From contig CM097885.1 in assembly GCA_044892525.1 (NCBI GenBank), forward strand, positions 19,222,001-19,286,000: a DNA stretch of 64,000 nt. The letters run 5' to 3'. The notes under the pieces were generated by a model, which was not told the DNA's origin, did no database searches, and was given only the letters and a program-made list of their open reading frames with translations. Both the position numbers and the translations under genes were made by a program. The DNA comes from Schmidtea polychroa (Eukaryota). Positions 53,348-64,000 of the stretch are shown in pieces. The first letter of the stretch is position 1; every line of letters begins with the position of its first letter.

Positions 53348-54569
53348 TTAACCAATATTTCGGGACAGTACTTATCAAGGGATTTATTAAGTACATTTAT
53401 TATACATTGTTTTGATAGTCTTACAAACATTAAAATGGAAATTATTGAATTAAATGTATTTAAATTACATAACATTTAATAAGAAAATAAATTATAGATT
53501 TGAAATAATGAAAAATCAATGAAATTGAAATTGAAAACTAATTAAAATAATTAAAGAAGATAATTTTGTTCATATATTAATATATATTTTATTTATAAGA
53601 TAAATTAAACAATTAATTTAAATATTTAAATTTTATTTTAAAATTATTTTAACTTAATTAAACATTAAAATATTAAAACTTGAAATGGAAATATATTAAA
53701 TAATCGGGTAATAACATCAAATTAAATAAATGTTTACTAATTATTTATATAATATAGATGTTTAACATTTAAAAGTTTAATGAATGATTTAACAAATTAT
53801 TGAGACAAGATTTGATTATTTCAAAGATAAGATATTCCTTTTATCAAAAGCGTCTAAATTGTCTAAATATTTCTCTATTAAAATGGTTTAGGCAAATCTG
53901 GATAAGTAAATTTTATAGCATATTCTATATTTGACAGTAACTTTTATTTCACTCATTAAAACAAATTTTCATTTCTCAATTATAAAGAAAATATAATTGC
54001 TTAAATATTTTTTATAAGAAAAATTTTTTAACTTATTAATGTCAGTTTATATTTTATAAAATTAATATAAAATAATTACTAATAATAATTATTATAACTA
54101 AAAAATATTTTTAATTGAAAACTTTCACTTAATAAATAATATACACCAAAGACTTATTTTGCCATTTACTTGTGTAATTTATGCCAAACGTGTGGAAGAA
54201 CTAAAATATAATTTAGATTAATTACGTCATGGCCCACTTCAAAACCATATTTTTTGAAAAAAAGTAACTTAAACAAATTTAAGACTATAATTTGTGCCGA
54301 TTTAAACTTTTAATATCTTTAATTTAAAGGAGAAATAAAATAAAACAATAAAATGATAATTTAAGCCTTTTGCTGCAAATAATGTCAATTTCCTTGTCAA
54401 GATTGACAAGGACTATCTTATAGTCGAAAAATATTTCATTAAATACATTATTTGCAGCAAAAGGCTTAAATTATCATTTTATTGTTTTAAATAATAAATG
54501 CTGCTACCAAGAAATCATCATTTTATACTTGGAAATAAAATAATGAATATATTTTAGAACTTTTTTAAA

Positions 54570-54618
<49 letters not shown>

Positions 54619-55860
54619 TCTATGTTAGGTGATATTATAATAATTTATATTAAACTAATTATATAATCAGGTCACTGTGACCTCGATGTTTGATGACTGA
54701 TGCGAAAATGTTTGTGTGTAATAAAATAAAGCAGGTGTTATCTGCATCAATAATATTGCTTAAACCAATAATACGTCCTTTTCTATATTATGCTATTGGA
54801 ATTATTATAAATATTATTGCAACAAAGTGACCACGCTGTGACTTAAAAGTTATATCAAGTCTTATAATTAATTTATTCCAAATGGTGATTTAGAAATTTT
54901 AATTTTGATATTTAAGAGATATTTTGAAATAACTAAACAACTTCAAGATGTTAAATAAATTGTGATCAAGGTGTTTCTTTCTATGTAGCTAATTCAGAAA
55001 TATGAAGAAGTTCGGGGCAATTATTTCAACTATGAAGAGAGATTACGAAACCTTCAAGTCTGAAAACAATTTGACAATGGATTTAGACGCATTATTAAAA
55101 TATCAAAAGGCAAATTATTCATGTAATGAAATTTTCACCCAAATGGAAAAACTTGACGGCAATGATTTATGTTATTTTTAATGCAAAATGAAAGATTTGG
55201 AAACTAAAAAAGAACTAAAAATAAGAGAACCTGAATCACTTGATAAAACTAAACAAGTTATAAAAAGAATGAAAAGATTCCAAAAAGAACTGAAAATGAA
55301 TGTTTTGGAAAACTTCTGCGCGCCAAATAAAAACGAATAGAAGAACGGCACTAGAAGTTTTAAAGTGCAGAGATATTGGGAGTGTGGTGATCAAGGATAT
55401 ATTCGAACAACATGGCCAAATGCAATATGTCCTCAATACTCTAAAAATGAATAATTTAATGAATGATTTAACGAATAATTGTAAGGTAAGTCAAATGCTT
55501 GGACTTTGTATTAGTAAAAACATAATTATGTTTGTATTTATTTTGGAAAATCTTTATTTTTTTTATATACTTAATATTCTTAGTGTATTGTATGTATTTT
55601 GTAATTATATTCAAATGTAATTATTTAATAGATCTGCTTTATGGTACTTCTCGACTATCAGGATTTTTTGGTGAAATAAGAAAAGGCACCTAAAAGTGTA
55701 AACGTCAGTGAAATTATTACGCAATCATAGATTAAAAGAAACTTTAATTTTAAGCAATCGTGGGGAAAAAGTCATCATTAAAATGTGGCATCAACAACGA
55801 TTAAAACAAAAGTCTGAAAATTATGTAACCATCAATTTAAAATGATTTTAATTAAAAAAT
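52820..55860 (+). pseudogene. Decayed, apparently spliced gene of unknown family
   Basis: Several protein-like blocks with scattered stops (52938-53146, 53179-53260, 55032-55320, 55320-55485). Two end at GTAAG donors and are followed by TAG acceptors. Family not recognised. Confidence 0.35.
54341..54489. repeat. Perfect 45-bp inverted repeat enclosing two small hairpins
   Basis: 54341-54385 is the exact reverse complement of 54445-54489. Inner ccttgtcaa-ga-ttgacaagg and gactat-ctt-atagtc. Confidence 0.9.
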
Positions 55861-57127
55861 ATATATCGATATAGCAAAAAAGAGATGGTTATTTGACCAA
55901 GAAATTGTGATAGTCGAGAATTTCATGGGTGCGGAGTCCACACTTCCATCTACTAAGTTTTATACAAAATTTATACAAAATTAATCTATTTACATTTTAA
56001 AAATATTCAATAGCCGAAATATTCAAGCACCCACAAAAAAATCAAAATAATTTTGTTATAAATGATTTTTAATCACTTTCGCTAAATTGACATGCTATTC
56101 CCGTTAACTGCTATCTGTACCAGAAGTCAATATGGCATACATAACATTACTAATTTAGTAGTTCTTTCCAAAAAATATCGAATCTTGCTCCTCTTTATTT
56201 TTGATAATAATATGGTACAATATTAAATTGAATTCTATTCATTTATTTAACAATAATTTAACACAAAATGGAATACAACCTCCTCTTAAGGATGAGAATT
56301 TGTTAAAAGAGATACTGAATAAATTATTTAAAATAGGCAAATTGATGAAGACTTGTTTAAATCTATTCACCCAATGGGGTCACAACCAGAAAAATTTATT
56401 GTCTTCCAAAAGTTCATAAAGATGGCGTGCCTATGAGACCTGTTTTATCCATGATTGGCACTGCCCAGTTTAAAATAGCTAAATTTTTGGATGGATTATT
56501 AAAACCATTAATACAATCAGAATTCGAATGTAAAGATAGTTTTGAATTTGTTTCCTGCATTGCACAATATGATAGACAAAGTGTGGATGAAATTATGGTT
56601 TCGTTTGATGTTTATAGTCTTTATGTTTATACTAATGTTTATACTAAAAAATTGAAATATGTTACTTGTTATGGAATGAAATCATTTTCTGAACATCATA
56701 TTTTGGATGGAAGAGCATTTCGTGAACTTCTGGAATTTGCTACTTCAAAAATCAATTTTCTTTTCAATAATGAATGGTATCAACAAATAGATGGAATTGC
56801 TATGGGTTCTCTTTTAGCATCAACGATGGGTTCAATTTTTTAGCAAGCTTAGGAAAGAAAATTGCATCTTTCCAATATATGAAACCCACTGCTTATAAGC
56901 CGTATGTGGATGATATTTTTCTTATTTGAAAATCAGAGGCATGTTGATCCGTTTTTGCATTATATGAATAGTCTACATAAAAAAATTATATTCACATGTG
57001 AAACGGAGAAAAAATCATCGCTTGCTTTCTTGGATCTGTTAATACAACGCAAAGAGAAACACTATGAGACAGAGATTTATTAAAAACCAACTGATACTGG
57101 TCTCTGTCTCTATACTTCATCCGAAAG

Positions 57128-57229
57128 TGAAATAATATTAAGAAATTAATATAATTAAAACTGTTTAATTAAAAAGATGTATTTAAAGAATAGATTTTTG
57201 AATTAAAACGTCTTATTCAATTCACTTCA
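57128..57229 (+). repeat. 5' LTR
   Basis: TG...CA; direct repeat of 60745-60846 (8 mismatches by manual alignment). Confidence 0.93.
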
Positions 57230-57230
57230 A

Positions 57231-57249
57231 TGGCGTCACGAGCAGGATT
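57231..57249 (+). promoter_or_regulatory. Primer-binding site, likely tRNA-Ser
   Basis: TGGCGTCACGAGCAGGATT, 1 nt after the 5' LTR. Complementary to a tRNA 3' end ...AUCCUGCUCGUGACGCCA of tRNA-Ser type (tRNA identity from recall). Confidence 0.8.
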
Positions 57250-60200
57250 ACCACTTATGGATCTCACAAATGCAGACCAATGCGAAACGTGGCTACTCAC
57301 ATTCAATGCGATTATTAGGATAAACCAATAGACGGATTCCGAAACAAAATTATCAATTACAGACAACTTCATAGCTTTATGTGGGTTCGAGGCACTTTAC
57401 AAAATCCGATCCATCCTATCCCCAAGAACTATTCAATGAGCAGATATGAAGATATCGAATCAGCAATAAGGAAATACTTACATCCGAAATCAAGGTTGGT
57501 TGTAGCAGAAAGAAGCAGATATTTCAAGATAAAACAAGAAAAATCACAAAATATTTCAGATTTCATTGTACGACTTTGGAAAGGCGCACAATTCTGTGAG
57601 TTCGAGAAACTAAAAGAATCAAAAGATCCAGTAGAAGATGTAATAAGAGTGTCAGTTACAGCTGGTCTTGACGACAACAAAGCGATTTTATACCTTGAAG
57701 AAATAGGACACAGCGAAGTATCGGTGGAACATATTCAAGAGATCATACAAGACATGGAACAGGTCAAGATATTCAGATCAACAAAATATGAATATATTTT
57801 ATTCACGAAAAGAATTTATTCCAAGAGAGAAATGTAAGTATTGTGGTTCTGAACATAGACATGGCGAATGCCCTGCATTTTGGAAAAATTGCACTAAATG
57901 TGTGAAAGTTAATCGTTTTGCTGGAGTATGTAGATCATCAAGTAGATCAAATAAACCGAGTATTCACGTTATGGAGTAAGAAAGCATAAACTCAGATATT
58001 GGAACAATCATCGCAATTAATTCGTGTAGAAAGGAGCGAGTAAATTGCCAAATAACTCGCACGAGGTGCTTATGCAGGTTGACACGGGTACCGATGTGTC
58101 TAAAATATCGTTCAGGATGTGGGAGAATATAGGTAAACCTCAGTTAACCCATTCGCAAGTTAGATTGTCATCATACGATGGTCATACGATGGTGTGCCGA
58201 GGTCAGTTTTTTGCTGATGTAGAAACTAAAACCAAGCGTCAGATCATAACATTAACTGTTTTTGAATCAGATAATACATATGGTCTTTTAGGCAGAGATC
58301 TTTAGAAGCAGAAACCAGCAATCACAATGATTCGATGAAGAGTACATTTCTTTCCTCAATCAAAGGAATTCAAGCCACAATGATACCAATAAAAGAGGCC
58401 AGGAATTTATTCTGTAAAGCAAGAATCGTACCGTTGGCAATGGAAACAAGAATCAAGGAGGAATTATCACGTCTTGAAAAAATGGAAGTTATCTCACAAT
58501 GCCAAGATCCAGTAATGAGTTGTTCTCCAGTAGTATGGATAAAGAAAGAGAATGGAGATTTAAAGATGTGTATGGATTTCATATAAACCAGAAAATCAAG
58601 ACGAAATCATATCCTCTACCCAATATAGAAACTATATTCGCACGCATCAAAAATGCAAAACGTTTTTCCAAAGTAGACCTGAAATCAGCCTAATAGCAAA
58701 TCGAGCTTGATTAAGAGGCACGAAAATGATCAATTATTAATACATCAAAATGCTTATACTATGTAAATCGCCCGCAGATGGGCATGAAAAATGCTTCGGT
58801 GATGTTTCAAAGAACCATGGAGGAAATTTGATCAGATATAAAAGGTATTCTTATATACCAAGATGACGTTCTGGTTTGTGGAGAGAATGATATTTCGTTT
58901 AAAACGGGTAGATGCAGTCAGGCAACGCCTCAAAGAAAAGAAAATCACCGTAAACAAAGAAAAGTCAATTGAATACGTCTATGAAATTATGTTTTTAGGA
59001 TTCAATATATCTAGTCGAGGTATTCAGACGGATAATAAATTTGTAAGAAAATTACAAGACATCATTGTTCCTACGAATAGGAAAGAAGTAGAGCGCTTTA
59101 TCGGATTACAAATTATTTTGGTAGACTCATTCCCAAATACTCGGACAAAATTGAATCTTTGAACAGCCTGAGAAAGAAAAATAGTATATCCGTTTGGACG
59201 AAGAAATGTCAGGAAAGCTTCAACCAACTAAAGAAAGAATTATCCGATCATCCGGTAGTGAAACCGTACTCCCTTGAAAATGAAGTGACTCTGACGACAG
59301 ACACATCCTTGAACGCCGTCGGAGCAGTTCTAACTCAAGAAGGTTACCCAGTGATTTATGTTTCCCGAACTCTGAGCCAAGCAGAACGTAACTATTCAAA
59401 CATAGAAAGAGAAGCCTTAGCTGTTGTATGGTCTGTAACCAGGTTGAGTCATTTCCTTCTAGGAAGGAATTTCTTAATTCAGACCGATCATTGTCCGTTG
59501 AAATATTTATTTGGAAGTGACAGGGCAATCCCAGAACAAGTCTCAGCACGGGTAAAGAAATGGGCAATACAACTGATGAAATACGACTAACATATATTCC
59601 GGGAGCACAAATCTCACACGCGGATGCTATGTCAAGACTTAAATTCAAAGATGCAGGCAAGGAAAATGTTGATTTCGACACAATAAATGCGCCATAAATT
59701 TTCAACGTCACATTTTGTAATGTTTTAGACCCAAAATAAATTATAAATGAACTTGAGATTGATGAACGGTTATGCAACGAGTGATAAGTAAAAGATGGTC
59801 CAAATGTAGTCAATGTGAAGCACAATTTAAAAAAAATTATTAAAGTCTCACAATCGACAACAACATGTTGTATAATGGCACTAGAGTGTTCATTCCCGAG
59901 AGACTTCAGGAAAAAGCTTTTAATTTAATCCACAAGGAAACACACAATGGAGTACAAACGTCTTACAGAATGTTGAGCTCTGTGGCATTGTGGCCAGGTA
60001 TGACAAACGACATTGAGAAATTTGTAAAAAACCTTTCAATGTGCTCGAAAATCCAACCAAATCCAATCAGAAAAGTTCATCGATGGCCCAATGCTAAGCC
60101 GTTCGAACAAGTACTTCTTGACTGGGCATACGCCAAGGAGGTTGGCAACATTCTAATTAAAGTTGACTCGGTTTCGGGTTGAATTGAATCTCCGCCATAC

Positions 60201-60744
60201 TTCCCAATTGCAAATGGCAGAGCTGAACGAGCAGTTCAAACCATCAAGAGGGGTATAAAATGTTGGAAGGTAAGTCAATACTATACTGAATTTGACGAGT
60301 TTCTTCTAAAGATGCTATTCTATTATCGGATATCTGCCGAATTTGAAGGTAACTCCCCATCAAAAATGATTTTTAGGAGACTAATACGCAGACTGATTAT
60401 ACTTCTATTCCAACAAGGCGAAGTTGTGGACAACAAATCTGGCTTAACTAATGACACCTCTTGTCAGAGTTTTCTCATGCAAAAGGGCAGGAATAGATCA
60501 TGGGTCATCTCAGAAGATGACTACAACTTGATCATGAAATTAGCAAGTAACAACCACCTATCTCCAAAGCGGCAAAATGAAACAATTGGGAATGAAATTC
60601 CGTTATCACTAGATGAAACGCCAGACATGTAGGATGATCAAACAGAAGAAGTTATACTCATTGCCTCTCAAAACGAGCTTCAAAAGATCAATCGAATTCG
60701 TAGACCTCCGTAAAGATTGGGAGAATGGGCTTAAGAGGAGGACA

Positions 60745-60846
60745 TAAATTAATATTAAGAAATTAATATTATTAAAATTGTTTAAATAAAGAGATTTTTT
60801 TAAAGAATAGATTTTTGAATTAAAACGTCTTATTCAATTCACTTCA
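60745..60846 (+). repeat. 3' LTR, preceded by polypurine tract AAGAGGAGGA (60733-60742)
   Basis: Direct repeat of the 5' LTR, followed by TSD GAAAG. Confidence 0.93.
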
Positions 60847-61926
60847 GAAAGTTTTTGTGAATTCAAGTATAAAAGAAATATGGTGAAGGGGTTGATTTAT
60901 CGTTCATGGCCTTTGTCTTCTACTTTTGAAAGTTCAGTTAAAAGTAATTAATAAGTAATTTATTAAAAATCCTAAGGATCCATGTTTGAAAAAATCTGGG
61001 TGTGATGTTGTTGAGGTGTGTGAGTCTGATGAGTCAAAATCTAGGTGTGACTTTGTTGAGGTTTGTAAGTCTGATTAGTTAAGTAAATTAAATAGTGTGA
61101 GCAAGGACGATGAGCCTAAATTTGTGTTAGTATCAGTACTCAGAGGTTTTAAGGATTATAAAGTGAAGATAAGAAAGCAGTTAGGGAATTTAAACTTTAG
61201 GATAGTGTCAACTTCATGGAAAGTATGCAATATGTTTATTAATAAGTCTAAAAATCTGCTCGAATTGTGTTCCGATCTCGTTTATCAGTTTACATGTAAT
61301 GGGTGTAATGCCACATACATTGAAGAGACTTCCCATCATCTCTGTATTCGAGATCAGGATCATTGTAGACCGAAGGCGTTGACCCATATTAGTGAACACA
61401 ATAAGGGCGTAAGAGTAAAATAGGTATTTTTGATTTTAAAATTTTATTAAAAAATTTCGATAATTATTGGGAACGTGTGATTTGTGAGGCGTTACTGATA
61501 AAGTCATTGAATCCGAAAATTAATGTGCAGAATGCAGTGAATACTTGTGTTTTAAATGTTTTTCAATAATTTTTTGTAAATTGTACGTATTAATTGTTGT
61601 TTGTTAAATTAATTTATTAAGAAAAATTTTTAAATTATTAAATTAAATTATAAATGTTAAAAAATATTTTACAAATAATATAGCATTATGTAATCTTAAT
61701 TATGATTTTTAAAAAATGAAATTAAATAATAAAAATTTTTTATATAATTAAATAAAATTAATAAATTTGTTTAAAATCCTTAATTGATATAGTTATTAAA
61801 TCCCACCTGATGATGACAAATATATTATGAAAATATATTGAGAAAAGAATGTTTGATTGGCGTTTGCTTATAATTAAATCATTGTCATGTATGTTTCACG
61901 ATTTATTCAATAATAATAAAATAGTG

Positions 61927-62025
<99 letters not shown>

Positions 62026-62060
62026 GTAATTAGTAAATAATAATAATAATAATAATAGTA

Positions 62061-62158
<98 letters not shown>

Positions 62159-62750
62159 CATCATCATTATTTTATTAGTTTATTTTTACAAATAAAATTC
62201 TACCAGAAATATCTGAAAAACTTCATTTTTATATTCTCTATGAAATATCTACATTTTTTCGATAATTATTAAGATAGGATTCAAAAGAAAAAATAAATTA
62301 TTATCCTCTTAAGTATGTTATTAGTAATTTATTTCTTACAATTGATCGATTTTTCCAATTATTTTATTACGTTATTTTTATTCAAATTATAAAATAAAAA
62401 ATATGGAAAAAAAATTAACTTTTAATTTTGTTTGGAAATCTTAAAAAGCTTAAAATATATTTTTATAGAATTATCTGTCGTTTTCAATGAATAATAAGAT
62501 TCATTTTCTTTATTTACTCTACCCAAGCGCTTCTGTCATTACTATTTTCGTACTTTCTTTCATGAGATAAATGCAATTATTTAAGCTAACTAGACTTAAA
62601 ACATTGCACATTTCTCATTTTATTTAGAGCATTTTATTTAGGATTTATGATAAATTGTGTTCAAATATTTAATAGATATTTTCATTCTTAGCTTATTTCG
62701 TTTTCCAATAAATTCAAAAATTCTAATCATTATTTAAATATTTATGAATA

Positions 62751-62799
<49 letters not shown>

Positions 62800-62800
<1 letters not shown>

Positions 62801-62961
62801 CTCTCTATATATAAAAAAGCTAAGGGTCTCCTCCATCCGAATTTTTTTTTATTTTTTTTTATTATTTTTTAAATTTTTTTTTAACCTGGATATTAACTTT
62901 AACATTAACCCACGTTCTAACGGGGTTGGTGAAGCGAACCGAACAGGGGCAGAGCCCCTAG
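62800..62961 (+). mobile_element. Short non-autonomous Helitron
   Basis: 5' TC(TCTCTATATATAAAA), 3' GC hairpin AGGGGC-AGA-GCCCCT and CTAG terminus. Sits between A and T within an (AAT)n tract. Confidence 0.8.
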
Positions 62962-64000
62962 TAATAATAATAATATTAATAATTAAAAAACATATTTGTG
63001 TATGACGTACACGGTCAAACTTTGATTTGTCTCCAATGAAAATGACAACATTTTATGTAACTACATTTTCCAGATTCTCTTTACAGGTTTAATTTATTCG
63101 ATTCGTCTTTAATTTTTCAATTGCAACCAAATTTTTTTTCTATCAAAGATATATTAATATTTGCATTTTTTCTAATTTTTATTAATTTAAACTTAAATTT
63201 TAATTTTTGTATTATTTGCATTAATTCCACATTTGAAATTAATTTCTCAAACCCACACATAATGATTATTTAATAAATAAATAAAGTAATTTCTTTTTAT
63301 ATTTATGTCAGACTACAGATTAATATTTTTCATTTATTTAATGCCAATTTAATGTGTAAAATAATTGTTAGACGAGTGAAATTTCATTTTAAATGTGTAA
63401 ATTAATTACCAGATTAAAAGGCATTATTAATAAATGTAAACTATAGATACCTTATCAAGCAAGGAAATAATGTCAATGGAATTATTTTTCGTGAATTACT
63501 GTAAAAAGTCTATGAATAAATAACTCAATTGCAAAAGACTTACTTTCCCATAATCCTATATCCATTAAAACAATAATATAAATAAGTCAATGTCAATTTA
63601 TAACCAAATATCAATTGATAATGTAAAGCAATCATTTCAGAAAAAAAATGAAAACAATGAAAATTTTCATTTCACAAGCACGATTTCTAATTAATATTGC
63701 AGATTATCCGATTAGGGGTATCTTTTGAAAATAATTCTTTAATCATTTATTCTCAGATTTCAATGTCGTAATAATTTTATTTTAAAAAATAAATTGTATT
63801 TATTAATATTAATTTATAATTATATTTTACAAATTAATGTAAATGGTTAATAAAATTAATTTTACAGGATGAAATGGAATTAATTTTTGACAATTTGATA
63901 TTTATTTCATCGACTTTATTATATAATACCAAAATTGATAGTTTGAATATATTCGAAAACAAATTATAATATATTTTATTCAAGTGATGCAGAATACCTT

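Larger units (their letters stand above)
57128..60846 (+). mobile_element. Full-length but degraded Ty3/gypsy LTR retrotransposon (Mag-like)
   Basis: 102-bp LTRs, TSD GAAAG (57123-57127 and 60847-60851), gag with two zinc knuckles (CKYCGSEH...CPA...CTKC), protease VDTGTDVS, RT YQDDV, RNase H TTDTS...YSNIEREAL...TDHCPL, integrase remnants (NGRAERAVQT). Many stops and frameshifts. Confidence 0.96.
56280..61895 (+). mobile_element. Penelope-like retroelement (RT and GIY-YIG) interrupted by a gypsy element
   Basis: LPKVHKDGVPMRP, MVSFDV.SLY, QIDGIAMGS, YVDDIF, LAFLDL. Resumes at 60847 (ESFCEFKYKRNMV). LVYQFTCNGCNATYIEETSHHL (GIY-YIG); pLTR end at about 61800-61890. Confidence 0.92.

Noticed and set aside
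59220..59825. 201-aa antisense ORF (also 39618-40130)
   Set aside because: Antisense shadow of retroelement pol with no recognisable domain.

Overview
Very AT-rich, repeat-dense eukaryotic DNA, most likely from a triclad planarian. This is inferred from a KKEE insertion in EF1-alpha, a flatworm-style serotonin receptor and the (TA)n/(AAT)n-rich background. Two host genes are supported: an intact EF1-alpha with an uninterrupted CDS (7934-9328), and a 5-HT7-like aminergic GPCR (exon 25969-27048, a second exon at 43935-44016, final exon not found in the window). The rest is mostly mobile-element debris. Maverick/Polinton remnants (integrase-chromodomain, penton, pPolB, long TIR-like arms) form an inverted duplication bracketing EF1-alpha. 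A second Maverick remnant lies in GPCR intron 1 near an unannotated RNF126/RNF115-like RING-H2 fragment and an RLE-type (NeSL/R5-like) non-LTR element. A Penelope element is split by a complete Mag-like Ty3/gypsy element with LTRs, PBS, PPT and TSD. There are also Penelope termini with minimal hammerhead ribozyme motifs, a Merlin transposase fragment, nested MITEs and a small Helitron. All family assignments come from manual motif recognition; no database searches were run.
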